Positions 13,680-27,885 of a stretch of 64,000 nt of DNA are shown here, one piece after another. The position numbers and the translations under genes are program-made. This DNA is from Lama guanicoe (taxonomy: Eukaryota): the NCBI GenBank assembly GCA_013239625.1, contig MU053994.1, positions 3,477,589-3,541,588 on the forward strand. The letters run 5' to 3'. The notes beneath the pieces are model-generated. The model did no database searches. It worked only from the letters and a program-made list of their open reading frames with translations, and was not told the origin of the DNA. Numbering within the stretch: position 1 is the stretch's first letter; every line of letters begins with the position of its first letter.

Positions 13680-14440
13680 AATGTATACCTATTCCTTGCA
13701 CATATACCATAAGGGAGTAGCTTGATGAATTTTCAGTGAATTCACCCATGTAACCATTACCCAGATCAAGAAATAGAACATGACCAGCAGTCAAAAGCCC
13801 CTATCATTTTGATTTCAAACATCATAGATTAGTTACACTGTCTTTCTACTGTAAATAAATGGAATCACAGGGTAGGTAGTCTTCCATGCCTGGCTTCCTT
13901 CACTCATCATTTTGCTTATGAAATTCACCTATGTTTTATGTGTAACAAAGCTTCATCCATTCTCCTTGCTTTGTAGTACTCAACTGTATGAATACAATAC
14001 AATTTATCTACACCATTGTACTGCTGCTGGACATTTGGGTTACTTCTAATTTAGGTCTACTATAATTCTGCTAAAAACATTCTTGTACATTTTTTTTGGT
14101 GAACATACCTTAAGACATTTCTGATGAGTATATACCTAGGCGTGGAAATGCTAGATCATAAGCTATATATGTCACCTATTTTATATTCCTCAACAATTTA
14201 CCAGAGTGGTTGAACTAATTTATGCTCCTATTAGCAGGAAGAGTTCTGGTGGTTCTACATCTTCATGAACATTGGAATTGTCTGTCATTTTCATTTTGTA
14301 GCCATTTTGTTGGGAATGGAGTGGTATCACACTATGTTTTTAATATGCATGTCTCTGATGACTAATGAAGCTGGATACCACTTACTGATCATTTGGATAA
14401 ATTTTCTTCCCTGTAGTATTTTCCAAGTCTTTTATCCACT
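13680..14440 (-). mobile_element. Old L1 3' region (L1ME/MC-type)
   Basis: cacccatgtaaccattacccagatcaagaaatagaacat...aaatggaatca...ggacatttgggtt...gcatgtctctgatgactaatga. Confidence 0.85.
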
Positions 14441-14834
14441 CCTTAGACTTCCTGATCGGTCTCTGGGATCTCTGCAGAATTTACTTTGAGGACACCTAGA
14501 CTTGATTTCTCATAGGAGAAGGGTCACCACCCACTACCAGAACTAATTATATGACCTCATTAGCAAACTGCCGAGCAAGCATACACAGCAAAGCAGTCTG
14601 AATATGCTAGAGTGCTAAACTAGGCAAAAGGGGATAGATAAACACAATATTAGAATCATGTGTTTTCATAGCCCAACTTTGGAGTCCTGACCATGAAAGT
14701 CTAAGACAGCCTATTTACCGTTTACAGATGTAACCTGCCAAAAAGCAGAAACTTACCTTTCTTAATCAACTATCAAACTGTTCCTTTACTGCACCATCCC
14801 TAGAATCCTCAGCAAATTCACAAAACTTATCTGA

Positions 14835-14943
14835 TATTCTTTCATTAACTGAATAAATATTTATTAAATACCTACTTGGTGCCAGACACAGTTCTAGACA
14901 GTCAGAGCAAAGTTGTGAAGAAAACAAAAAATCTCTGCCTCCC
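14835..14943 (-). mobile_element. L2 3' end, truncated by the L1
   Basis: ttcattaactgaataaatatttattaaatacctact-tggtgccagacacagttctag. Confidence 0.65.
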
Positions 14944-15612
14944 AAGAATATATACAATGGAGAAAAGACAGTGTCTTCACCAAGTGGTATTGGGAAACAG
15001 GACAGCCACATGTAAATCAATGAAGTTAGAACACTCCCTCACACCATATATAAAAATAGACTCAAAATAGCGTTAAGACTTAAATATAAGACGAGGCACT
15101 ATAAAACTCCTAGAAGAAAACATAGGCAAAACATTTTCTGACATAAATCTTAGCCATGTTCTCTTAGGGCAGTCTACCCAGGCAACAGAAATAAGAGCAA
15201 AAATAAACAAATGGGACCTAATTAAACTTAGAAGCTTTTGCACAGCAAAGGAAACCATAAGCAAAGCAAAACAACAACCTAAGGAATGGGAGAAAATATC
15301 TGCAAATGATGCAACTGACACAGGCTTAATTTCCAGAATATATAAACAGCTCATACAACTAAATAACAAAAAACAACCCAATCCAAAAATGGGCAGAAGA
15401 CCTAAACAAGCAATTCTCCCATGAAAACATACAAATGGCCAATGGGCACAAGAAAAAATGCTCAATATCGCTAATTATCAGAGAATGCAAATCAAAACTA
15501 CATTGAGGTATCACCTCACACCAGTCACAATGGCCATCATTAAAAAGTCCACAGATGATAAATGCTGGAGAGGGTGTGGAGAAAAGGGAACCCTCCTACA
15601 CTGTTGGCAGGA
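14944..15612 (+). mobile_element. Lineage-specific L1, fragment of ORF2 3' part
   Basis: Translations such as KSMKLEHSLTPYIKIDSK and [41 protein letters not shown] match the L1 ORF2 C-terminal region. Confidence 0.93.
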
Positions 15613-18600
15613 ATGCAATGCACTCCCAATTAAAAGAATTAAATGCAATGCACTCCAAATTAAAAGAACAAGAGAAATCCCCTGAAGGAATGATCAATGA
15701 AATAGACTTTGATAGTCTGATCATGACTTCAAAATAGGAGTGATGGAAGTACTGAAGGAACTAAAAGAGACTGTGAATAGAGACAGAGAATATGTCAAAA
15801 AGGAAACTGACACCATAAAGAGTAGCCAATTATAATTGGAAAACTCATTTGCTGAGATAAGAGCTGAGCTAAAGGCTGTAAAAAGTAGGCTAAATAATGC
15901 AGAGGAACAAGTAAGTGACTTAGAAGACAGGACAACAGAAGTCACCCAATCAGAACAGCTGAGAGATAAACAAATAGAAACCAATGAAAACAATATAAGG
16001 GACCATTGGGATAATATAAAGCATGCCAAATTATGCATAATAGGGGTCCCAGAAGAAGAAAGAGCAAAGGGGATTGAAAGGAATTTGAAGAAATCATGAC
16101 TGAAAACTTCCCAAACCTAAAGAAGGAATCAGATATCCAAGTACAGGAAGAACAGAGGGTCCCAAACAAGAGGAACCCAAACAGACCCAGAGCAAGACAT
16201 ATTATAATCAGAGTGGCCAGGGTTAAGGATAAAGAAATGATTCTAAAGGCAGCAAGAGTTAAACAAAGAAAACAAAGAGTTAGTTACAAAGGGACCCCCA
16301 TAAGGCTTTCAGCTGATTTCTTTACACAAACACTGCAGGCCAGAAGGGAGTGGCAAGATATATTTAAAGTCCTGAATGAGAAAAAAGTGCAACCCAGGAT
16401 ACTTTATCCACAAGGCTATCCTTTAAAATAGAAGGAAAGATAAAGAACTTCACATACAAGTAAAAACTAAAAGAATTTAGTCACACTAAATCTATGCTAA
16501 AATAAATATTGAAAGGTCTACTCTAAATAGAAAAAAAGCAGAATGCTACAGAGAGGAAAAAACCATAATTAGAAAGGCGGTAACTACAATGAATTACATC
16601 AGAATAAACATGAAATTGTAAAAAAGGACATCTAAATCATTAAGGGTGGGAGAGGGGAGCAAGAAACTATAGTTTTTTTCCTACTCTTTGTTTTGTTTTG
16701 TTTTTGGTAGGATAGATTCGAGCTTATATTACTATCTGTTTAAAGCAAACAGATATAGTAATGGGTTAATATATGTACAAAATAGGGTAACCACAAGCCA
16801 AAAGCTTACAATAGAGTCACAAAAACTAAAAAGAAACCAAGATAATACAAAGGAAAATTATCAAACCACAAAAAGAAAAAGAAAGGAACAAAGAGGAAAC
16901 ACCAAATCAACTGCAAAACTAAGTTCAAAATGACAATTAACACATATCTATTAATAATCACCATAAATGTCAATGGACTAAATGCTCCAATCAAAAGACA
17001 GAGTGGCAGATTGGATAAGAAAGCAAGAACCTACAATATGCTGCACACAAGAGACCCACTTTCGGGAGAATGACACACATAGATTGAGAGTGAGAGGACG
17101 GAAAAAGATATTTCATGAAAATGTAAATGACAAGAAAGCAGGAGAAGCAATACTGATTTCAGACAAAATAGACTTTTAAAACAAAGGCAACAAAGAAAGA
17201 TAAAGAAGAACATTATATAATGATTAAAGGAACAATACAAGATGAAGATATTACACTTGTTAATATATATGCACCCAATATAGGAGCACCAAAATACATA
17301 AAGCAAATACTAACATATATAAAGGGAGAAATTGATGGGAACACAGTCATAGTAGGAGACTTTAACACCCCATTTACATTACTGGACAGATTTTCCAGAC
17401 AGAAAATTAATAAGGCAACAGAAAAACTAAATCATACGATAGAACAATTAGACTTGGTTGATACTGTCAGAACATTACAACCCCCCAAACAGTATATACA
17501 TTCTTTTCAAGTACACATGGGACATTTTCTAGGCTAGATCATGTACTTGGGCACAAAAGAAGCCTCAACAAATTTGAGAAGATAGAAATTATGTCAAGCA
17601 CCTTTCCTAACCACAATGCCATGAAACTAAATATGAACTACAGAAAAACAAATGAGAAAAAGATGACAACATGGAGATTAAACAACATGCTACTAAAAAA
17701 CCAATGGGTCAATGATGAAAACAAAGAAGAAATTAAAAATACTTTGAGACAAACAACAATGAAAACACAACCACATCAAAATCTATGAGATGCAGCAAGA
17801 GGAGTCCTAAGAAGTAAGTTCACAGCAATACAGGCCTTCTTAAAAAAAAGAACAATCTCAAATAAACAATCTAAGCTACCAGCTAAGAGGATTAGAAAAA
17901 GAACAGCAAACTAAACCAGAAGTCAGCAGAAGGAAGGAAATAATAAAGATCAGGGAAGAAATAAATAAAATAGAGATTAAAAAAAATAGAAAAAAAATCA
18001 ATCAAGCCAAGAGCTGCTTTTTGAAAGAGTAAACAAAATTGACAAACCTCTGGCCAAGCTCACCAAGAAGAGAAAAGAGAGAGCACAAATTAAAAAAAAT
18101 AAGAAAGGAAAATGGAGAAATTACAACCAATACCGCAGAAATACAAAATACCATATGAGAATACTATGAATAAGTATATGGAAATGAAATGGATAACCTA
18201 GAAGAAATGGACAAGTTTCTGGAAACATACAGTCCACCAAGACTGAATCAAGAAGAAACCGACCACTTGAACAAATGGATCACTATAAATGAAATCGAAT
18301 TAGCAATAAAAAACCTCCCTATAAACAAAAGTCCAGGACCAGATGGTTTCACTGGGGAATTCTACCAAACATACAAAGAACTCATACTGGTTCTTCTCAA
18401 ACTCTTCCAGAAGATTGAAAAGGAGGGAGTACTCCCAAACTCATTCTATGAAGCCACAATCATCCCGATACCAAAACCAGGCAAAGACACTGCCAAAGAA
18501 GAAGATTACAGACCAATATCACTGATGAACATAGATGCAAAAATCCTCAACAAAATATTACCAAACAGAATCCAACAGCACAGAAAAAAAATCATACACC

Positions 18601-20541
18601 ATGATCAAGTTGGGTTCATCCCGGGAACACAAGGATGGTTCAACACACGCAAATCATCAATGTGATACACCACATCCACAAAAGAAAGGACAAAAACCAT
18701 ATGATCATCTCAATAGACACAGAAAAAGCATTTGATAAAATTCAACATCCATTTATGATAAAAACCCTCACCAAAGTGGGTATTGAGGGAACATATCTCA
18801 ACATAATAAAAACTATATATGACAAACCTACAGCCAGCATAGTATTCAACGGTGAAAAACTGAAAACCTTCCCACTAAAATCTGGGACAAGACAAGGTTG
18901 TTCACTCTCAACACTTCTATTCAACATAGTCTTGGAAGTCCTAGCCACAGCAATCAAGCAAGAAAAAGAAATAAAAGGGATCCAAATTGGAAAAGAAGAG
19001 GTAAAACTGTCACTAAATGCTGATGACATGATACTATATATAGAAAACCCTAAAACCTCCACACACAAAAATACTAGAACTATGAAAAGAATTCAGCAAG
19101 GTAGCAGGATACAAGATTAATGTACAAAAATCAGTTGCATTTCTTTACACTAACGATGAAGCAACAGGAAAAGAAAAAAAAGAAACAATCCCTTTTAAAT
19201 TAGCACCCAAAGTAATAAAACACCTAGGAATAAATCTAACCAAGGAGGTGAAAGACTTACACCTGGGGAACTACAAAACTGATTAAGGAAATTAAAGAAG
19301 ACTTAAGCATAAAACAAGACACAATAAATCTCCTAGAAGAAAACATAGGCAAAATATTATCTCACATACATCTCAGAAATGTTCTCCTAGGGCAATCTAC
19401 CCAAGCAATAGAAATAAAAATAAGAATAAACAAATGGAACCTAATTAAACTTATAAGCTTTTGTACAGAAAAGAAAACTATAAGCAAAACGATGACCTAC
19501 AGAATGGGAGAAAATATTTGCAAAAGATGAGACTGACAAGGGCTTGATTTCCATAATATATAAACAGCTCATACGACTTAATATGAAAAAAACAAACAAC
19601 CCGATCCAAAAATGGGCAGAAGACCTAAACAAGCAATTCTCCAAGGAAGGCATATGAATGACCAATAGGCGCATGAAAAAATGCTCAATATCACTAATTA
19701 TCAGAGAAATGCAAATCTAGACTACAATGAGGTATTACCTCACACCAGTCAGAATGGCCATCATTCAAAAGTCCACAAATGACAAATGCTGGAGAGGGTG
19801 TGGAGAAAAGGGAACCTTCCTACACCATTCGTGGGAATGCCGTTTGGTGCAGCCATTGTGGAAAACAGTATGGAGATTCCTCAAAAGACTGAAAACAGAC
19901 TTACCAAATGATCCAGCAATCCTACTCCTCGGCATATATCCAGAGGGAACCTTAATTCAAAAAGACATCTGCACCCCAATGTTCATAGAAGCACTATTAA
20001 CAATAGCCAAGACATGGAAACAAACTAAATGTCCACCGACAGATGACTGGCTAAAGAAGTGGCATATTTCTACAATGGAATACTACTCAGCCATAAAAAC
20101 TGATAAAATAATGCCATTTGCAGCAACATGGATGGCCCTGGAGAATGTCATTCTAAGTGAAGTAAGCCAGAAAGAGAAAGAAAAATACCATGTGATATCA
20201 CTCATATGTGGAATCTAAAAAAAAAAAAAGACAAATGAACATAAGTATAAAACAGAAACAGACTCACAGACATAGAATACAAACTTGTGGTTTCCAGGGG
20301 TGAGAGAGGTGGGAAGGGACAGACTGGGAGTTCAAGATTTGTAGATACTGACTGGTATACATAAAACAGATAAACAAGTTTATACTGTATAGCACAGGGA
20401 AATATATTCAGTATCTTGTGGTGCCCTACAGTGAAAAAGAATATGAAAATGAATATATGTATATCCATGTATGACAGAAGCATGGTGCTGTACACCAGAA
20501 ATTGACACAACATTGTAAACTGACTATACCTCAATAAAAAA
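15613..20541 (+). mobile_element. Lineage-specific L1 lacking its 5' UTR: disrupted ORF1, ORF2 (EN, RT, Cys-rich; internal deletion), 3' UTR and poly(A)
   Basis: ORF1 remnants: [80 protein letters not shown]-terminus: CTPMF. Ends in aataaaaa. Multiple frameshifts and stops make it inactive. Confidence 0.96.
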
Positions 20542-22408
20542 GGGGGGGATTTGGGGGGGAGATGAAATTTTGATTCTGTTTCTTAATCATTTTGATTGTC
20601 ATTGTGCTAAAGAAGATAGGAAAACTACATTTTGGTGCCATAAATATTAAAGACCAATTGTACATTTTCGCTTGAACTCTGATCAAAACCAGATAAAGCC
20701 AGATAAAATCATGTGTAATATCCAGATTTCAACTGGCTATCATTTAATATCTATGGCTAGTGGCCCTACCATACAGAATGAATGGAATGACCTAGCCTTG
20801 TCTTTAAAACAGGACTTGAAGACATTTATATATCCAAAGAAATGTCAAAGCAACAAACAAGTGAACTTCAATTTCCCATATACTATATTAGGTAAAGACA
20901 AGACTTAACCTCAGAGACATGGACTACATGCCAATTCCGTCTTTTTTAACTTTGGTATTTGACTCCCTGATTAGGTGACAATATAAAGAGATTCAGCCTG
21001 GCAGTCTGGGTCTATAGCTCCAGATTCCTTGGTAAAGAAATCTGTCAATAAACAACCTCAGCCAATGGAGAAAGGAACTGACTTTCTCCCTAAAAAAATG
21101 TGTTTAGCCTGTAGATTCAGAATTAGGTATAATGATAAACAAAATCAACATAATATAGATATATTGAGTAATTGATTTATACTTGTGATTTTAAACTGGA
21201 ATCTTACTAAATTCATCAACAGTATCAAAACACTTAAGAGAACTAAGGATTCAACCCATCTATATGTTTAAAGAACTAGGTTTATACAAAACCACCTCAG
21301 TACTCAGAAAAGTGTTCATTCTTAGTAGACAACTGAAGTACAGAAAATCAAATATGGTATATTAAACTTAAATGCAGTTTAAAAGTTTTAGGAAACATAA
21401 AACCTGCTTACAAGTAAATTTTAAATTCTGTTAAATTTATAAAATAATTTGCATTCAAAAGTAGTAATAGTCAATTCCAGAATATAAAACCATAAGATAT
21501 AAAATCTCTAAATCTAACCATAAGAATGTAAAGAGTGAAGCACTAAAAAAAAAAACAGTTATTGATTCTTCATGAGTAACAACTTCTAAGAATCTTCTAC
21601 AATCAGTATATGGATAATAATAATTCAAAGGATTTCAAAAGAGTATTTAAAAGTAATGATCCTGAAAAAAAGATCTGCAGGAATAGATTAACTTGGAGCT
21701 CACAGTATGTGGGCTTTCAAAGTAAGATAACTGGACAAAAATAAATAGGATACTCTGTCTTGGCTTTCCAATTTTAAGTATAAACTGCATTGCTCTTGGG
21801 ATTAAGAAGGGAAGGACTAAAGAAGGATACATCTTTTACTGAACTGTGAAAAAGTCTTAAGTTAGAAGACAGGCTAATTAGAAAAATTAATACAGTAATA
21901 GTGCCATCTGAAGTATGAGCATATGTGAATCATGGCTACATGAAACGATAGCTTTAAAAACAGCAAAAAACTAACTTTTAAAATTTTATATACTGTTTAT
22001 AAATATTTAAACAATTAAATATGATTATCCATATCAACGCCTTAAACAAAAGTTTAAGTACTCCAAGTCCTAGCAGTTTCAAATTTTCACATATACACCA
22101 TAATGACTTAAGCCAAACTTGACATATGAGTCTTTTAGTTTTATTAGATCAGAATCCTAAGGGTACTAAGTTATAGACCTGAAGGGAATTCACCTTAGTT
22201 TCTTGTGACTCTGCAGTGATTACATCTGTGCCAATAATTCCCCTCTCACCCTCCCCATCCCATGTTCCATAGTTTTATGACTAAAAGTTAGACACTAAAA
22301 AGTGTATGTTCAGATTTTACTTTCTTCCTAGTCAAAAAACATATGCCTATAGCAATCTTAGATGACTTCCTAAGTCTGTTAATCACTATAGCTATCTTTT
22401 AAATACTA

Positions 22409-22729
<321 letters not shown>

Positions 22730-23034
22730 TTAAGTTCCTATAGCCACAGTTTTCAAAGTCAAATTTAAGTAATACAGTTTTCAACATATTTTTCTAAACT
22801 TCATAAGGCAACTGATTAAAAGTTACTGAACCAAAAACAAGAGAAACAAATTTGCATTTCAAAAACACATTTAAAAATTTGAAATCATATTCTTATGTTC
22901 AAGGCAAATAATCTTTGTAATTATCTCTATATTATCAATATCTTAAACAAAATATGAAATCGATCACAGTGGTAGTATATACAACTTTTACCTTTTGAAC
23001 CAAAAAAAAAATCATTCTCTCACCTTACCTACCA

Positions 23035-23420
23035 CTTACCTAATCTTCACTAACAAGTCCTACTGAGTTTATCTCAAATATCTCTTAATCCTGTTCATTT
23101 CTCTCCATGTCTCATACCCTAGTCTAAGCTACTACCAGCTTCCACCAAGACCACTGAAAATTTGTTTCTCCCATTCATTCTTGCAGTGATGTTTTAAAAA
23201 TGAAAATCTGATATTATGTTTCCACTTAAAATTCCATAGAGAGAAGGTATTTGCAACACATATTTAATCAAGAACCAAAATATATAAATAATTCTTAAAT
23301 AAAATAAGAAAATACACTCCAAGTAAGTCTGGGCAGAAGACTTGAATAGGCACTTCACAAAGAGAAAGCCCTGCATGGTTTGGTTTCCAACAATCTTTCC
23401 AGTCTCACTTCAAATCACAC
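23035..23420 (+). mobile_element. L2 fragment interrupted by a short L1 ORF2 fragment (~23238-23368)
   Basis: L2-like tttttaaaaatgaaaatctgatattatgtt. The L1-like part is gagaaggtatttgcaacac...gggcagaagacttgaataggcacttcacaaa. Confidence 0.6.
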
Positions 23421-25640
23421 TGAAATCCTTCATCCTCCTCAAACTTCAAACTAAAATTATTCTAAATTGCCATAGGAAAGGAAGTAATTCTACTAGCAGA
23501 ATCACTGGTCCAGTTATTTGCCTACCCAGTCCTCTCCTCAACTGAAACTGGTGGCTCGCAATACTGGCCATACAATTGAATCAATTGGAATAGCTGATAA
23601 AATACCAATGTCCAGCCCAGGCATTAAAAACACATACACACACGGCTCCTTGTGATTAATAGTTATTAAACAAGTATCTGAACTAAACACAATCCAACAT
23701 GCTTGAATCAACTACTGAATAATGTAGAATGCAACTGTAATATACTATAGTAGTTTATTTGAAGGCTAGTACAGTTTAAGTCATTAAATACACACATGCA
23801 CATGTTCTTGTATACATGTATGTAGTTCCCCCTCCTCAGGGAACAAAACAAAATACTCTCATTGGTGTTTCACAGGTAGAAACAGTATCCCTGGATGCAC
23901 GTTGTCAATCAAGATAGAGAAAAGTTCATTTACAGCAGGGCACTTGTGATACTGCTTGCCTTAAAGTATAAGCTTGCCTTTATTCTTTCACTCAGAAGAC
24001 AAGCAAAAGAATACTATCTAATCTAGATATAAACATTTGTCTGAGATCATACATATTAGTTGATTTTACCATGCCATCATCAGGACATCAATTACACTAC
24101 AGTTTCAAATCTCTCTCTTCAAGCAGCCTAACAAAGCAAAACTGGAAGGAAAAGAAATGGTAATAATGTACCTTTCAGAACTCTATAGAAAAAGGACCTT
24201 TTTGATAATCACTCAAAACTATTCAAAGATTTTCCCCTGTGAGAAGACAATATAACAATGTAAGTCAGGACTCTCACAAATGTTTTCATTCTCAATCAGA
24301 TGTCTTACTTGTGATTGCTTATCCTGACAATAGCAAGCAATTTCAGGAAATGTTTAGCATAATTGGATTTTGTCCACACATAAACCCTTGGGACTCTATT
24401 TTTATATACATTTGTGTAGTGTGCCTCAATTCACTACACCTTTTGGATACTTTCCGAGATCTGTACATGGGATTATTTGTGGTCAATATAGTCAATTTTT
24501 CACTTTTTCCTGTTTGAACAAAGGAGAGGACAGAAACATAGCTTCTCCCTCAACCTTTTAGTAATAGTAGAATGAAGAAAGCTAGGAAGAATTGAGAGAA
24601 AAGTGAATACTGATCCAACAAAAAAAAAAAACCAAAAACATGTTTAAATCTGTGGACAAAAATCAAATCAAATCCTCAGTTCTTAGGGCTAATTTTATAA
24701 TGGGAGGCAAAGAAAATGAATTTATCTATGAACTACTGATGACCTAAAGATAGGTCACCAGGAAAGCATTTCAAGGATCTGTCCATCAGCGACATTCGGG
24801 GAGTTAGAAAAGGTGAATCAAATTTAGTACAGTAAAAAGACACTGAAATACACTTTCAGTTTTTTTTGTGATTCAATCCATCAACTAGAAACTCAGTGGA
24901 AACTGATAAAAAATTTAAATAAGTATATAGTGTCTTTAATTTTAGCAGGGCTTGTTTATATTTATCTGGTCGATAGACTAAAAAGAGGTAGGCTATGAGA
25001 AAATCTGCCTTGGTTTCTCATCTTAATGGGGGGCGGGTAATAAAGTGTATATAAAACATCTACTGTATTATACTTACTTATGAATTATACCTGAATGACA
25101 GTTTAAGGAAAGGCAAAAATTCAGGAGGCCTAAGGTTTCAGTCTGGCCTACTTTTTTTGTACCTTGAAATTTCATCCTTAAATTATTAGTCCATAGTACA
25201 GTTGATTCTTGAATAATTGTGTGCAGGAAAATATTAAGGGGTAGTTATAAGCCATCATCATAAACTCTTATCTTTCTTCTATTTCCACTAACTCTGGCCA
25301 GGGTATTAATCAAAATGGAATGATAAGATAATTGATAGCATTTCAGATTTGATAAAATACATATTCTTTATCCAATGCTTTCTGAATGCTGAATGTTGAT
25401 TAGGATTGTGGCACAAGGTTCTACTCAAGGCAGGTGGTGCTTGCAGAATTCTGTTTTAAAGTAAAAGGTCAATTAAATCAGAATACTTCACAAGTGAGTA
25501 TTTGCTCTAACTCCCCTAAGGTTTTGAAAAGAATGCAGCTGTGTGTCTATGCAGACACAGAATAATCTCTTCTAGTTTTCATTTATGTGAAGAAAGGTTA
25601 AGTCTAAGAACTGAACAATTCTGATACCAAAAAGTAAATA

Positions 25641-25966
25641 CAGTTGGCTCTCTGTATCTGCAGGTCCTGCATCTGTGTATTCAGCCAACCATGGATTGAA
25701 AATAGATGAAAAAAATTCAAAAAAGCTCCAAAAAAAAGTAAAACTTGAATTTGCTGTGCATTGGCAACTATTTACATAGTATTTACATTGTATTAGGCAT
25801 TATAAGTAATTGAGAGATGATTTAAGGGTTACAGGATGCTATGTATAGCTTATATGCAAATAATACGCCATTTTATAATATAATATAAGGGATTTGAGCA
25901 TCCGTGGATTTTTGGTATCCATGAGGATCCTAGAACCAAACTTCTGCAGATACCGAGGGACAACTG
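25641..25966 (-). mobile_element. MER2/MER2B Tigger-family MITE
   Basis: Terminal inverted repeats cagttggctctctgtatctgc and gcagataccgagggacaactg, a TA flank, and internal ttgagcatccgtggattttggtatcc. Confidence 0.88.
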
Positions 25967-26019
25967 TGCATCAAAAGATGACTAGAATTAAACGAAGCTA
26001 TGCTAGAATACAGTATGTT

Positions 26020-27885
26020 GGTCTCCAGGATAATAGGATAGATTCAGCAAATGCATCTAAATTAATTTTCCTCCCCAAACCAACTAAAATGATAGCAAAG
26101 GACTAAAAAAAATTTTTTAAAGGACTGGGAGAATGAGAGAATACAACAGTAATAATCAACTTTTGGAAGCAAGAAAGCAGATGGACTAATGTAACTGGCT
26201 TAGCATACTTAGGAAAGCTGAATTGCAAGGAGAAAGTAAGAATAGTTCAGAACCAAACCCGTTTACACTACAGAATCCTCAAGAAGTGCCTGAACTTGTA
26301 GCACCAGTTAACTCTGGAACTAGAGGGGCTAAACTAACAATGTTTGAGTGAAATCTATTAGAGAAGCAGTTAGTGTCTTAGATCCCCCTCCTTTACTCAG
26401 TGCCACTAGGTAACTGCCCTGCCTTATCCTCACAGAGGTCCATTTGCTGCAGAGGGTAAAACACAGGGCCTTAGAACTGGGGACACAAGGCAGTCGAGGA
26501 AGTGTCTACTATATGAAAAGCAAGGGGATTATGTGATCACACACAAACTGAATGCAGACACCCCATCCCCTTTTCCTATTAACAGGGGGGACTGTTAGAA
26601 GCTAGATCTTTACCCTTCAGGCAGGAGAGGGAAGATCTTCTGTTGAATATCTGACCAGCCCAGAAGGAAAGATGTAAAGATAATGACATGAAGCTCTTCA
26701 AACCACTTAACCAGATCATCCTCCCTCGAAACCCAAAGTCAACAAGTTCTGCCCGCAAATTCAGAGCTCACCATCAGCTTTCCAAGCTAGGCACTGGTGA
26801 TGTTTTGGGCTGGACAGTTCTTTGCTGTGGGTAGATGTTCTGTGTGTGCATTGTAGGGTGCTTAACAGCATCTCCAGCCTCTACCCAGAGATGCCGGTAG
26901 CACCCCACTCCAGTTGTGACAACCAAAAATGTCAACAGACATTGTAAAATGTCCCTCAAGAACCACTGCTCTATTCCTACTCTTGAGTAGACAATCAAGC
27001 TCCCAAGACATTTGGAGAAGAGTCTCTAATTTGGAAGATAGAGATCAAAACAAACAGAAAGAGCAATTTCGAGGAAACAGACCAAAGAAGAAAAAAACCT
27101 CCAACTACTATTAATATCCTCAGAAAGATATTATAACTATGAAACAGAAACAGAACTTTCAGAAAGCAAAAAGAGGGCCCTTGAAAAATAAACACATGAA
27201 GAAATTTAAAACTCAACAGAAGGGCTGGCAGATAATGTTGAAGAAATTTCTCAGAGAGTAGAGCCTAGAGAACAAAGAAAATGGAGGGGAGGAGCTCAAA
27301 GAAATAATCCAAGAAAATTTCCCAGACCTTAAATCATGAGCCACCCAAATTAAAAGGACCCACCAAGCACTCAGCAAAATAGGTTAAGAGATCCACGTCC
27401 ACACATGCCCCTGTGAAATTTAAGAACCCTGTGGGGCCCCAAATGTTCAGATATCCAGAAGTGGGGGTAAGGGTGCACCAGGAGGGGAGGATGATAGAGT
27501 TGATGCACAATAGCTCAGGAACTGCAGTGGCTTCTGATCTCTCAAAGGTAACACTAGAAGCAATAAGATAATAGAGTGACATCTTCAAAATCATGATGGA
27601 AAATTATTTCTAATCTATAAATTCTATCTCCAGCCAGAAAAATCAATAATCATAAAAACATTTTCAGACATGAAAGAGCTCAATAAAGTACCTGCAATGC
27701 ACACTTTCTGAAGACATTATTGTAGGATGTGTTTGCTAGAACCAGAGAGTACACACCGAGGGACAGCAGACAGAAAATCCAGCACAGAAGATACATAAAG
27801 GGAACCCCTAGGAATACAAGGGAAGGAAATCTCAGGCTGACAGTTACGCACTGAATAGCAGTTAACTAGAGAGCCATCAAAGATC
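26020..27885 (+). mobile_element. HAL1 / ancient L1-like ORF1 element
   Basis: 5' motif ttcctccccaaaccaactaaaatgatagc. ORF1-like aaataatccaagaaaatttcccagacct and aattctatctccagcc. Confidence 0.7.
26775..26968 (+). mobile_element. MER20 hAT-Charlie MITE nested in HAL1
   Basis: ttttgggctggacagttctttgctgtggg...gcattgtaggg...cctctaccca...gttgtgacaaccaaaaatgtc...gaaccactg. Confidence 0.88.

Noticed and set aside
15836..20218. Series of ORFs with endonuclease and reverse-transcriptase motifs, considered as a possible novel RT system
   Set aside because: They are ordinary fragmented L1 ORF1/ORF2 with frameshifts, stops and a deletion.
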